A DNA stretch of 64,000 nt from the NCBI GenBank assembly GCA_023435925.1, contig JAEZLF010000063.1, forward strand, positions 496-64,495, written 5' to 3'. The DNA comes from Bacillota bacterium. GTDB taxonomy: Bacteria; Bacillota; Clostridia; Acetivibrionales; DTU013. How positions within the stretch are numbered: position 1 is the stretch's first letter; the number at the start of each line of letters is the position of its first letter. The notes beneath the pieces were generated by a model. The model made no database searches and had not been told where the DNA came from. It saw only the letters and a list, made by a program, of their open reading frames with translations. This document shows positions 9,771 through 22,279 of this stretch, piece after piece. The position numbers and the translations under genes are program-made.

Positions 9771-10424
9771 TTGAAGTCATATGCACATGCCGAGGCACAG
9801 CCAAGTCATAATCTTACAGTAGACGAAGAAATCATCCGGGATGCAAAAGCTGGAAATGACCAAGCCCTCGAGTTTCTGATCACGAAGTATAAGAGCTTCG
9901 TCCGTGCAAAAGCAAGGACCTATTTCCTTATTGGTGCAGACCGGGAAGACATTATCCAGGAAGGCATGATCGGCCTCTATAAAGCAATCAGAGACTTCAG
10001 AGGGGACAAGCTCACCTCCTTCCGGGCCTTTGCAGAGCTATGCATCACCAGACAGATTATCACGGCAATCAAAACAGCCACAAGGCAAAAGCATATTCCG
10101 TTGAATTCATACGTTTCTCTGAATAAACCCATTTTTGACGAGGATTCCGATCGTACACTGCTCGATGTCATCAGCGAGGAGAGCGTCAGTGATCCGGAAG
10201 AATTGATGATCAATAGAGAAGAGTTTGCCGGGATCGAACTAAAAATGGGAGAGATCCTCAGCAGCCTGGAATGGGAAGTCCTGTCCAAGTATCTTCAGGG
10301 CCGATCCTATCAGGAGATCGCCGTTGACCTGAACAGACATGTGAAGTCCATCGACAATGCGCTCCAGCGGGTTAAACGCAAGCTGGAGAAGTATTTGGAG
10401 GAAGGTAAGATCGCCGAAGCTTAG
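9771..10424 (+). CDS. sigH: RNA polymerase sporulation sigma factor SigH
   Basis: 217 aa with a TTG start behind AGAGGGGG. The SigH-type region 2 is present (DREDIIQEGMIGLYKAIRDFRGDKLTSFRAFAELCITRQIITAIKTATRQKH), together with a region 4 HTH (RSYQEIAVDLNRHVKSIDNALQRVKRKL). Confidence 0.9.
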   Translation: MKSYAHAEAQPSHNLTVDEEIIRDAKAGNDQALEFLITKYKSFVRAKARTYFLIGADREDIIQEGMIGLYKAIRDFRGDKLTSFRAFAELCITRQIITAIKTATRQKHIPLNSYVSLNKPIFDEDSDRTLLDVISEESVSDPEELMINREEFAGIELKMGEILSSLEWEVLSKYLQGRSYQEIAVDLNRHVKSIDNALQRVKRKLEKYLEEGKIAEA

Positions 10425-10630
10425 GAAATCTGATGGTGGGATAATCGCAGCAGGAAGTTTATTCGGTAGCCCGGCGGCAGGAAGTTAAAACGGAAGTTGA
10501 CAGCAGGCTAATTATTGCGGACGTTTTAAACGGCAGTCGACAGCAGGCCGATTACAACGTATTATTTACCGGCAGTAAAACGAATGAAAAAATTGCTACT
10601 GCTGATTGGACAAAAAATTTGCATCTTATA

Positions 10631-10659
10631 TGGACATCAATGGGCGTATGTGTTATAAT
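10631..10659 (+). promoter_or_regulatory. extended -10 promoter for the tRNA-Gly/tRNA-Thr unit
   Basis: TGGACA (10631-10636), a 17-nt spacer, then TGT-TATAAT (10651-10659). Confidence 0.5.
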
Positions 10660-10671
10660 ACAATTCGCCTA

Positions 10672-10794
10672 GGACGCATAGGCCAGCAGATGGCGAAGTC
10701 ATTGACCAGCCCGGACGCATGGTCGAGCAGATGGCGCAGTCATTGACCAGCCTGGACGCATGGGCGAGCAGATGACACAGTCATCGACCAGCCC
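10672..10794 (+). repeat. 3 x 41-bp tandem repeat in the tRNA leader
   Basis: Units start at 10672, 10713 and 10754, with consensus GGACGCATGGnCGAGCAGATGGCGCAGTCATTGACCAGCCC. The 41-bp period is not a multiple of 3. Confidence 0.9.
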
Positions 10795-10812
10795 CGTTGA
10801 ACTAAAAGATTT

Positions 10813-10886
10813 GCGGGTGTAGTTCAGTGGTAGAACATCAGCTTCCCAAGCTGATTGTGAGGGTTCGATTCCCTTCACCCGCTCCA
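10813..10886 (+). tRNA. tRNA-Gly (anticodon CCC)
   Basis: It folds by hand as a cloverleaf. The acceptor stem is GCGGGTG/CACCCGC, the D arm GTTC-AGTGGTA-GAAC, the anticodon arm TCAGC-TTCCCAA-GCTGA and the T arm AGGGT-TCGATTC-CCTTC. The 3' CCA is encoded. Confidence 0.95.
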
Positions 10887-10972
10887 CAGGTTTTACAGCG
10901 GCGGCGAAGTGCTATTTTTATTAAGTAGCGTAAATGCTCCGCGACAACTTCATAAGCCAAGCAACGGCCCAC

Positions 10973-11048
10973 GCCCTCATAGCTCAGTTGGCAGAGCGCA
11001 TCCATGGTAAGGATGAGGTCACCAGTTCGACTCTGGTTGAGGGCTCCA
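10973..11048 (+). tRNA. tRNA-Thr (anticodon GGU)
   Basis: The acceptor stem is GCCCTCA/TGAGGGC, the D arm GCTC-AGTTGGCA-GAGC, the anticodon arm CATCC-ATGGTAA-GGATG and the T arm ACCAG-TTCGACT-CTGGT. The 3' CCA is encoded. Confidence 0.95.
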
Positions 11049-11090
11049 ACAAAAAGAAAGGATAGTCAGATGACTATCCTTTCTTTTTGT
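11049..11090 (+). terminator. rho-independent terminator after tRNA-Thr
   Basis: AAAAAGAAAGGATAGTC-AGAT-GACTATCCTTTCTTTTT is a perfect 17-bp stem ending in a T run, immediately 3' of the tRNA. Confidence 0.8.
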
Positions 11091-11224
11091 TGGCCTTCTC
11101 ACAGTGCCGCCTGATGGCCATTTCCCTAATCGAAGCGCTCTGCCGGCAGAGCATGTAGAGTAAAAAGCAAGCAGTACAAGGAAAACGAACACTGAGGAGC
11201 GGAGCATATGACGATATGTGAGCA

Positions 11225-11307
11225 CCGCAAGTGTGAAGTTTGACGCAGCAATGCGCAGATTTTTACTCCTCAGAGCGTCCATGGTAAGGATGAGGTCATC
11301 TGGTTGT
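11225..11307 (+). repeat. decayed copy of the tRNA-Thr 3' half plus a shared 5' arm (att-like remnant, copy 1)
   Basis: CAGAGCGTCCATGGTAAGGATGAGGTCATCTGGTTG (11271-11307) matches tRNA-Thr from the D-stem 3' side onward, with an internal deletion. The preceding CCGCAAGTGTGAAGTTTGACGCAGCAATGCGCAGATTTTTACTC recurs at 24371-24415. Confidence 0.75.
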
Positions 11308-11310
11308 CGT

Positions 11311-11406
11311 GACCTGGCCGAGGTCACTCTGCCAAATAGTGTGACAGAAATCGGCATCGGCGCATTTGATAACACCAGGTGGCTTAACAGGACCTTAAAT
11401 ACTTAA
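11311..11406 (+). pseudogene. 3' remnant of a BspA-type leucine-rich-repeat surface protein gene
   Basis: The translation ...VTLPNSVTEIGIGAFDNTRWL... matches the LRR_5/BspA repeat consensus (IPxSVTxIGxxAF). There is no upstream coding continuation. Confidence 0.3.
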
Positions 11407-11670
11407 ATGCAAAAACAGAATTTCTTGAAGGGACTCGATCCTTACTGGATATTCATTATAGCAAAGTGGAAGGTCAGTTTCCTAGCAAATTATTTTAATC
11501 CCCTATGCTGGCTTTGCTGCATTGTGTGTCAGCTTTACACTTTTGCCATTAACCGCTTTACGGGCCATAATTGATATCGCTTTGTGTATCAGTGTATGAT
11601 GAAAATACATTATTGACATAACCTGTATAATATACAATAATGAAAGTGCAATACAGAAAGAGGTTGTATT

Positions 11671-12141
11671 ATGGCATATGAGATAGAAAGAAAATTTTTA
11701 GTTGTTAACCAGTCGTATCGTGAAAATGCAGAGGGAGTTCTCTATAAGCAAGCTTACCTTAACAGTAGCTCTGATCGTATAGTAAGGATAAGAATAATAG
11801 GGCAGAAAGGATATATCACTATAAAAGGTCCATCGGAGGGTTGTAAGCGTTTAGAATTTGAATATGAGATACCTTATAGCGATGCGCAAATTATGTTTGA
11901 ATGTCTATGTGAAAAACCTATACTTGAAAAGTATAGATATAAAGTTAATATTAATGATTTAACCTGGGAAGTAGATGAGTTTATGGGAGAGAATAAGGGG
12001 TTAATAATTGCAGAATTGGAACTGCCAAATGAGAAACATAGTTTTACAATCCCAAACTGGTTAGGTCAAGAGGTAACAAATGATCCTAAATACTATAATT
12101 CGAACTTGATCAAAAATCCTTTTATTAAATGGGAAAAATGA
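11671..12141 (+). CDS. CYTH-domain protein (triphosphate tunnel metalloenzyme)
   Basis: 156 aa. The N-terminal EIERKFLV carries the CYTH ExExK signature. An RBS (AGAGG) is present. Confidence 0.8.
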   Translation: MAYEIERKFLVVNQSYRENAEGVLYKQAYLNSSSDRIVRIRIIGQKGYITIKGPSEGCKRLEFEYEIPYSDAQIMFECLCEKPILEKYRYKVNINDLTWEVDEFMGENKGLIIAELELPNEKHSFTIPNWLGQEVTNDPKYYNSNLIKNPFIKWEK

Positions 12142-12433
12142 ATTATAGTTCTTGATTACATAAAATCCGGTTTTCGTTTCTAATTCACTATTTTTATTAA
12201 TGTACCCTGGGCTTTTCTAATTTCATATTTACATATATAATTATTTGCTAAAACTCGCACAAGAAGAGGTATGTTATAATGTAGAAAATTTATTACAATT
12301 CAGGTATTAGTTGGAAGGAGTGTATACATAATGAGTGATCATAAGATATTAAACTTCTTGGTTACCAATAAGACGGCAGTCTTTTTATAGGTACACAATT
12401 ACTATTTTAGTGACGAACGAGGTGTAATAAATA

Positions 12434-13258
12434 ATGAATAAATTAATAATCAGGCGGGAAACACCCGCTGATTTCAAAGCGATAGAACATCTGACAATGA
12501 GGGCATTTTGGAATATTCATGGTCCGGGATGCAATGAACATCTTCTTGTCAGAAAGATTAGACAGTCGCAGGATTACTTACCAAATATCAGTCGAGTTGC
12601 TGAATTGAATGGAAAAGTAGCGGGGGCAATTTATTATACAAAAGCTAAAGTTGTTGAAGATAAAACAGAGCATGACGTAGTTACATTTGGGCCATTAGCA
12701 ATAGAACCAACTTTGCAGAATTCCGGTATCGGAAAAGATTTGCTTGAAGAGACCATTCATTTAGCCAAAGAGGCTGGTTATTCCGGAATTATTATTACTG
12801 GAGAGCCTACATACTATCCCAAAAGAGGCTTTATGACTTGTGATAAGCTTGGGATTACTGATGCTGAAGGTAAAAATTATGATGCGTTGATGTGCTTGCC
12901 ACTTAATAAGGAATTGTTCAATTCTGTTCATGGAAAATTTTTAGAAAGTTCTGTATTTGAAGAATGTGATAATGACGAGGAATTAGAGCAGCTTGAAGTA
13001 GAGTATCCTACATATCGCAAGGTAAAAATCAAAGACGGTTTTTTGATGCTTTTAGATAAGAGGTTAGGAGTCATTGAAGCAGTGGACGGAGATGTTTATT
13101 ATGTGAAGTTTTGGGAATTAACAATTCCAGCAAAGTTAAGTAAAGACTATAATAATGATTCTGCTGAACCGAATGTGGGAGATGATGTTATCTTCATTTG
13201 GAATAATAGTGACAAATCAGAAATCATCTCTGTATGTAAGAACATGTTGGAAGAGTAA
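12434..13258 (+). CDS. GNAT-family N-acetyltransferase with C-terminal extension
   Basis: YhbS-like GNAT core (IRRETPADFKAIEHLTMRAFW, acetyl-CoA loop QNSGIGKDLLEE), followed by about 110 aa of unknown function. Confidence 0.8.
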   Translation: MNKLIIRRETPADFKAIEHLTMRAFWNIHGPGCNEHLLVRKIRQSQDYLPNISRVAELNGKVAGAIYYTKAKVVEDKTEHDVVTFGPLAIEPTLQNSGIGKDLLEETIHLAKEAGYSGIIITGEPTYYPKRGFMTCDKLGITDAEGKNYDALMCLPLNKELFNSVHGKFLESSVFEECDNDEELEQLEVEYPTYRKVKIKDGFLMLLDKRLGVIEAVDGDVYYVKFWELTIPAKLSKDYNNDSAEPNVGDDVIFIWNNSDKSEIISVCKNMLEE

Positions 13259-13519
13259 CCCTCTGATATTGAATTATGGTGACATTACAGTGCGTTTCCA
13301 GAGAATCGCTTATATGAACAGACGACTCAATCCGGAAGGTAGTGTTTCTGTCCGCCAAAGAAATCACGAAAAAGTGGACGTAGCCGTCAAGAGACTGAGC
13401 TATGGCATATAGCCTCCTCGGCGTCGCCCGATTTATGCTGCAATGTAATTATTAACAAACAATTGGAGGAGTGTACCATTTACACTAAACAGTGTTCAAT
13501 CCTTCAAACATTGAGTAAG

Positions 13520-13687
13520 TTATTCTTTTGCCATATCACAATTCAACTTCATCAGTTCAGCCAGCTGTTCTTCCAGTTCCTCCAGCTCTTGAATCAGATA
13601 AGGCTGTACTGAATGATATGGGAATCGCTTTTTTGTTTCGACTATTTTTTCTTCAAGTTCTTGTATCTTCTTTTCTATATCATTCAT
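13520..13687 (-). CDS. small coiled-coil protein (hypothetical)
   Basis: 55 aa starting at MNDIEKKIQELEEKI, behind a GGGGGAT RBS. It shows a heptad-like E/K/L pattern. No function is assignable. Confidence 0.4.
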   Translation of the reverse strand: MNDIEKKIQELEEKIVETKKRFPYHSVQPYLIQELEELEEQLAELMKLNCDMAKE

Positions 13688-13978
13688 TTTACTATCCCCC
13701 AATCCTGCTGCGGTTTGCATATACTGCAAGGGTATATTTGCTATCTTCTATTTCCGACAGCTTAACCGGTATTTTGCTTTTTGATAGATACCGGAACCCA
13801 TCCTTGTGGTATTTTTCACCTGTGTCAGTTATGTATACTATTATATCATTAGTGTTGTCTTCTGTTGTAGACGAAGTCATATTTTCAACAACTTCTGCAG
13901 CTTTTACAATAGTATTAGTGAATGCTTGTATCCTTTTTGGATGCCGACAAAGTAGCTGTGTTAAATTACAGATGAGAT

Positions 13979-14200
13979 TTATACCGGCCCTTGATTGTTA
14001 TAGATAGCAGGAATACGTACTTTTACACTGGTACCTTCTCCATACCTGCTTGAAAACTCAAGTCCAAATTCCTCTCCATAGTGAAGACGGATTCTTCTGT
14101 TGATGTTTCTCAATCCGTACCCATTCTCATTACCGGCTCCAACTTCACTTCTTTGCAGCTTATCAAGCTTATCATTTTTGCCGCCAGTAAGGATATGCCT
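13979..14200 (-). pseudogene. C-terminal fragment of a sensor histidine kinase (HATPase_c end)
   Basis: The minus-strand translation is ...ILTGGKNDKLDKLQRSEVGAGNENGYGLRNINRRIRLHYGEEFGLEFSSRYGEGTSVKVRIPAIYNNQGPV*. This matches the G2 box and C-terminus of YesM-type kinases. No upstream kinase body is present. Confidence 0.5.
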
Positions 14201-14466
14201 TCATTAAAGGAGTAGGAAATGGCATAGGCAGCAAAAATTGCAATTGTGCCGACCAATATCAAGAGAATGTTTGGACTATATATAAATCTGAACAGTTCTA
14301 GCAATAGCTTTTATGAATCCTTATCAAATAAAGCCGATTGATGTACGGCATCCGAGGTCGTAGAGGATTTTACAGCGATACTAGCAAATCCTCGACATGT
14401 GGAACAAGGTGTTTCAGGTTCAGCTCCTTGAAAAGCGCATTAAGTTGTGCTGCCTGTGTATCCAAA

Positions 14467-15342
14467 TCATTTATGACTGTATATCTGGCGATAGCTTTGA
14501 GGTGATATGCCTACTATTTTTTTAAAGGATGTTGAAAAATAATATGGATTACTGAATCCCAGTGAAGAGCAGATCGTGTTAATCTTTGCCGAAGAGGTTT
14601 CTAAAAGCTCACAGGCTTTCTGAATCTTTAATCGATTAAAGTAATCAATAGGGGTATAACCGGTTTTATTTTTAAACAGCCGAACAAAATGGTACTTGGA
14701 TATATTTACGTAAATGGACAACTGATCGAGGGATAAGTCAACATTTATATTGTCCAACATATAGGTAATCACCTTTTCCATGCTCATATCTTCTGCTTTA
14801 CTTAGCAATTTGTTCATGGATAGGCTGTTAATATAGCTCAAAATATTGTTGAGATAAGAAGTGGCGAAAATCAAGTTGCTCTGCGTATAACCTGTCTTTA
14901 GAATATTAAAGATATCTTGCAGCCAGGATAAAATTTTTGTATTCTCTCCTATATGAAGAATAGGTGAGTCAATAGTGAGTCCCAATATTGCCATGTAAGA
15001 ATTTGCATTTTTGCCTCTAAAATGAATCCAGTATTTAGTCCAGGGAGATTTGTCATCTGCTCCATAGGAGTGCAAAATATTTGGAGGGCATACAAAGATA
15101 TCTCCTTTTTTTATAGTCCAACGCTTTCCACCTAGATGAAGCCAACCCATACCATCAACGCAATAAATTAAAACATAGTCCTCAAGAACTCTATTGTTCA
15201 CAATATGACCGAATGCCTTCACATAACAGCCTGCCCAGGAAAGCAAAAGATTAGACAAAATATCATTTTGAGACTCTCTTCCTATAATATCAGGCGGGGT
15301 GTAAAAAGACATCTTTTCGTAAAAATTATTATTTACAGTCAT
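14467..15342 (-). CDS. AraC-family transcriptional regulator (cupin + HTH)
   Basis: 291 aa with an N-terminal cupin sugar-binding region and a C-terminal double HTH (ISKYHFVRLFKNKTGYTPIDYFNRLKIQKACELL...GFSNPYYFSTSFKK). It is divergent from the beta-galactosidase gene. Confidence 0.9.
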   Translation of the reverse strand: MTVNNNFYEKMSFYTPPDIIGRESQNDILSNLLLSWAGCYVKAFGHIVNNRVLEDYVLIYCVDGMGWLHLGGKRWTIKKGDIFVCPPNILHSYGADDKSPWTKYWIHFRGKNANSYMAILGLTIDSPILHIGENTKILSWLQDIFNILKTGYTQSNLIFATSYLNNILSYINSLSMNKLLSKAEDMSMEKVITYMLDNINVDLSLDQLSIYVNISKYHFVRLFKNKTGYTPIDYFNRLKIQKACELLETSSAKINTICSSLGFSNPYYFSTSFKKIVGISPQSYRQIYSHK

Positions 15343-15542
15343 TGCGGCTACCTCCGTTAAACGGCAAATGCAACTCTCATAATAGCAATATATTATATTA
15401 GTCTGAGCAATATTGCAAATTCCATTTTGCGTGTAACAGTTTTATAATAAGCGTAGATATCAGAATATAATGCAAGAAATAGCAAAAGGATCAAGAATCT
15501 TTACACGTATATAGAACGAACCATGTTCGCAATTATTATTAA

Positions 15543-18719
<3,177 letters not shown>

Positions 18720-18972
18720 AATAGACTTATTTCTACTAAAATACAGTTTGACATAAAAGCAGCACAGAGCATTTTTAGCTGTGTTGAGGCCGGATATCTC
18801 GTGTTCTTACAAAACATCGGAACTCCGGCCTTTTATATATGCATATTTGCAACAAATTTATACTATGATACAATAAAAAAATGGAAATCATGACAGCTTG
18901 CCAATCATAACAACTTGCCTCTTCTTAACAGTCATAACAACTTACCATTTTATTAAAGGGAGGGTTGACTCT

Positions 18973-20532
18973 ATGACATCTAACAACTTTAATTCAGAAT
19001 TCGACGCCGTAGTTATCGGAGCCGGAAACGGTGGATTGACAGCGGCAGCCACACTTGCAGGGAAAGGGTTAAAAACACTGTTGCTTGAGAGGCACAATCT
19101 GCCGGGCGGATTTGCAACAAGCTTCGTAAGGGGCAGATTCGAATTCGAGCCTTCGCTTCATGAAATTTCGGATTTTGGGCCAATGGAAGACAAGGGCAAT
19201 GTCCGCAAGCTTCTGGAAGACAAGATTGGCCTAAACCTCGATTGGATCAGAGTTCCGGAGGCCTATCGTCTTATCATTCCCGATGAAAAGGGTGGAAGGC
19301 TAGATGCAGTGATGCCTTTCGGTGTTGATGAGTTTATCTCAAAGATGGAGAGTTATGTTCCGGGATCGACACCTTCCGTTACACGATTTATTGAACTATG
19401 CGGCGAGGTGGTTGACGCTCTGGCCTACATTGCCGGATCAAAGGGTAATGCTGATAAGAATGTGCTTCTAGACAAGTATTCCAACTTCTTAAAAACGGCT
19501 CCGTATTCCGTTCAGGATGTGCTTCATTCACTGAAAATGCCTTATAGGGCGCAAAAAATAATTACTGCTTATTGGTGCTATATCGGCCTTGGTGTGAAGG
19601 ATATGAGCTTTACAATCTTTGGAGCGATGTTTCATAGATACCTGACAAAGGCGGCTTATATTCCAAGGTATCGTTCACACGGCTATACCGCAGCACTCGA
19701 TATTAAAATCCGTGAGCTTGGAGGAGAGATACAGTACAACACAGCCGTTGAAAAAATACTTGTTGAAGACGGAAAGGTAATTGGTGTTGAAACAGATAAG
19801 GGTGGCAGGATAAAAACCGGCATTGTTGTATCAAACGCTAACCCGCATCTGGTATACAACCAATTGATTTATCCAAAGGAAGAAGTGCCCGCCATTGCAT
19901 ATAAAACATGCAACGCACGAAAAGTAGGATTTTCTGCATTTGTTGTTTACCTTGGCCTTGATAAAAGTCCTCAGGAGCTTGGCATTAATGAATACAGTTA
20001 TTTTGTTTATAGTACACCTGATACAAATAGTATTTATAAAGCCTTTCATACACTCAACAGGCCTGTCGGGCAGGCAGTCGTATGTCTGAACAATGCTATC
20101 CCTGATTGCTCGCCGGATGGCACCACTATTTTGTCGATGACTACACTGTTTAGCGGCGACTGTTGGGCAGGGGTTGAACCGAAGGATTATCATAAAGTAA
20201 AAGACCGAATTACGGAAGAAGTTATCGATGAGTTTGAAAAGGCATTGGGAGTGAGGATCAGGGACAGTATTGAAGAAATTGAAGCAGCCACGCCGGTGAC
20301 CTTTGCAAATTACACAGGAGCTTTCAATGGAAGCATTTACGGTTATGAACCAATACCCTGGGATTCAATCCTGCCAAGGCTAATGTGCTTAAATGATGAA
20401 AAATACATAAAGGGCCTGGAATTCGCAGGTGGCTTTGGCGTGAGGTGTCACGGCTACTCAAGCTCATTGCAGTCAGGAGAACTGGCTGGTCTGCTTTCCT
20501 ACAAATATTTTGGGGAGGTAAAGGGAATATGA
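18973..20532 (+). CDS. NAD(P)/FAD-dependent oxidoreductase, phytoene desaturase (CrtI) family
   Basis: Rossmann motif DAVVIGAGNGGLTAAATLAGKG...LLERHNLPGG. The start is set at ATG 18973, behind AAAGGGAGGG. The track start 18898 adds a leader with no RBS. Confidence 0.8.
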   Translation: MTSNNFNSEFDAVVIGAGNGGLTAAATLAGKGLKTLLLERHNLPGGFATSFVRGRFEFEPSLHEISDFGPMEDKGNVRKLLEDKIGLNLDWIRVPEAYRLIIPDEKGGRLDAVMPFGVDEFISKMESYVPGSTPSVTRFIELCGEVVDALAYIAGSKGNADKNVLLDKYSNFLKTAPYSVQDVLHSLKMPYRAQKIITAYWCYIGLGVKDMSFTIFGAMFHRYLTKAAYIPRYRSHGYTAALDIKIRELGGEIQYNTAVEKILVEDGKVIGVETDKGGRIKTGIVVSNANPHLVYNQLIYPKEEVPAIAYKTCNARKVGFSAFVVYLGLDKSPQELGINEYSYFVYSTPDTNSIYKAFHTLNRPVGQAVVCLNNAIPDCSPDGTTILSMTTLFSGDCWAGVEPKDYHKVKDRITEEVIDEFEKALGVRIRDSIEEIEAATPVTFANYTGAFNGSIYGYEPIPWDSILPRLMCLNDEKYIKGLEFAGGFGVRCHGYSSSLQSGELAGLLSYKYFGEVKGI

Positions 20533-21752
20533 AAAATGAAAAACTGAATGTAAAAATAAGACCTGTTGGTTTTTTAGACTTGCTTGCCTTTAAAAAACTG
20601 ATTCCCTCCAGGAAAAAGAGGATCGCCCTTGCCCCGTCAACTCCGGTAGATGCCGCACCTCCGGTAAATGTGCTTGCAGACAGGCTTCATCCGAAGGTTC
20701 AATATCTTGAGGTACGTGAAATAACTCAGGAAACGCCGGACGTAAGAACATTCCGATTGATTCCCGACGGCAGCTCAGGCAGTAAGGAGCTTGCCATCTT
20801 CCGTCCCGGTCAGTACGTAAGCTTTTCTTTTGAAATTGAGGGAGCTTCCGTCACGAGGCCGTATTCGTTATCTTCTTCACCTTCTGAAGCCTTGAAGGGA
20901 TATTATGAGGTAACAGTAAAAAGAAATGACGAAGGATTTGTATCCAATTATATATGGGAGAATTGGAAAGTGGGATCAAAGGTTCAATGCGGAGATCCAC
21001 AGGGCCTTTTTTATTACAATGCCATAAGAGACTCCCGTAAAATAGCCGGTATTGCAGGCGGCTGCGGAATAACGCCATTTCGTTCCATGGCAAAAGCTAT
21101 TGTAGATGGGACTCTTGATTCTGAATTGACTATATTTTTTGGCTGTAGGACAATTAATGATGTTGTGTTTGATAAAGAGTTCAAGCTGCTTGAAGAAGCT
21201 TCAAACGGCAGGATAAAAGTAATACATATTCTTTCGGATGAGGAATATGATAGCTGTGAGCACGGTTTTATAACTGCGGATCTGATAAGAAAGTATGTTG
21301 ATCCTGATATTTGTTCCTTTTTCATAAGCGGTCCCCAGGCGATGTATGAATTTGTCCGCGGGGAGCTCAAGAAACTTAATGTACGGGATAAATTTATTCG
21401 ATGGGAGCTTTTCGGTGAAATCAAAAATGCTGAAGAAACCGCAGGCTTTCCTAAAGAGAAGGCGGGGCATTCATTCAGTATGACCGTACATATGGGGCGC
21501 GCCGTTCAGGTTATTCCGGCTATCTCAGGCGAGTCACTTTTAGTGGCGATGGAAAGGGCAGGAATGAATCCACCTTCTGTCTGCAGGAGTAGTGTTTGCG
21601 GCTATTGCAGGTCTTTGCTTGTGAAAGGGGATGTATTCATTCCGGAAAATGAGACAGGAAGAAGGCAAGCGGATAAACAATTTGGATATATACATCCCTG
21701 CTGTTCATTCCCGATAAGTGATCTGGAAATCATTATTCCGAGAAAAAAGTAA
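20529..21752 (+). CDS. ferredoxin-NADP reductase-like flavoprotein with C-terminal 2Fe-2S ferredoxin domain
   Basis: FAD-binding RPYSLSS, NAD-binding GIAGGCGITPF, and a C-terminal cysteine cluster CRSSVCGYCRS...C. The start ATG 20529 overlaps the upstream stop (ATGA). Confidence 0.8.
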   Translation: MKNEKLNVKIRPVGFLDLLAFKKLIPSRKKRIALAPSTPVDAAPPVNVLADRLHPKVQYLEVREITQETPDVRTFRLIPDGSSGSKELAIFRPGQYVSFSFEIEGASVTRPYSLSSSPSEALKGYYEVTVKRNDEGFVSNYIWENWKVGSKVQCGDPQGLFYYNAIRDSRKIAGIAGGCGITPFRSMAKAIVDGTLDSELTIFFGCRTINDVVFDKEFKLLEEASNGRIKVIHILSDEEYDSCEHGFITADLIRKYVDPDICSFFISGPQAMYEFVRGELKKLNVRDKFIRWELFGEIKNAEETAGFPKEKAGHSFSMTVHMGRAVQVIPAISGESLLVAMERAGMNPPSVCRSSVCGYCRSLLVKGDVFIPENETGRRQADKQFGYIHPCCSFPISDLEIIIPRKK

Positions 21753-21850
21753 GGGATAAGCTTTTGTAAAGGAGAATTATCTATGAGCAGAGGTCTATCA
21801 AAACAGTTCTAGCGCTGCTTGGAATTGAATTCAGGTTTATTTGGCCTTTC

Positions 21851-22279
21851 ATGCGTCCGTTTACTTCGATACGGTTTGGACAATTCTTCCTTTACCTGCC
21901 AATCTATGCGGTATTTTTCCTTTTCAACGGAGGAGTGAGACTATTCGGCCAGTTCAGGCTCAAGGAATATGCTTCGCCTGTGAAGACACAGCTTGTATGG
22001 TGGCTGAAAAACTCGTTGCTGATGCTTGGCGGGCTGGTTTTTGTTGCGCTATTTGAATATGTGCCGTTTATTTTGGGTATAGGGCCCGGATTTGACGCTG
22101 TTGGTATGCCGGTTTTCGGAGGACCGTTTATGTCCGCTCTGATCGTAATCGCGCCGCAATTTCTGGTTTTGTTTTTCGTCATGACCTATTTTTACCGAAA
22201 GACAGGCAAAATTTATCTAGGCGGATTATTCACCGCGCTTGTGGCAACCTGGATTGCAACCGGTGCGGCGATATTTTAG
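21851..22279 (+). CDS. hydrophobic membrane protein, possibly 5'-truncated
   Basis: 142 aa with 4-5 predicted TM helices. The frame stays open upstream of the ATG without an RBS, which suggests a gene remnant. Confidence 0.3.
   Translation: MRPFTSIRFGQFFLYLPIYAVFFLFNGGVRLFGQFRLKEYASPVKTQLVWWLKNSLLMLGGLVFVALFEYVPFILGIGPGFDAVGMPVFGGPFMSALIVIAPQFLVLFFVMTYFYRKTGKIYLGGLFTALVATWIATGAAIF

Noticed and set aside
10699-11375. Minus-strand ORFs 10699-10887 and 11019-11375
   Set aside because: They run through tRNA-Gly, tRNA-Thr, the 41-bp repeats and the terminator hairpin. They are artefacts of structured non-coding DNA.
13528-14007. 159-aa plus-strand ORF
   Set aside because: It overlaps two minus-strand fragments, gives a low-complexity hydrophobic translation and has no RBS. 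The region is better explained as decayed DNA.
18898-20528. Longer track starts for the CrtI-like gene (18898) and the FNR-like gene (20445)
   Set aside because: The internal ATGs at 18973 and 20529 have good RBS or stop-start coupling. They also begin exactly at the conserved domain N-termini. The upstream extensions are hydrophobic or basic junk.
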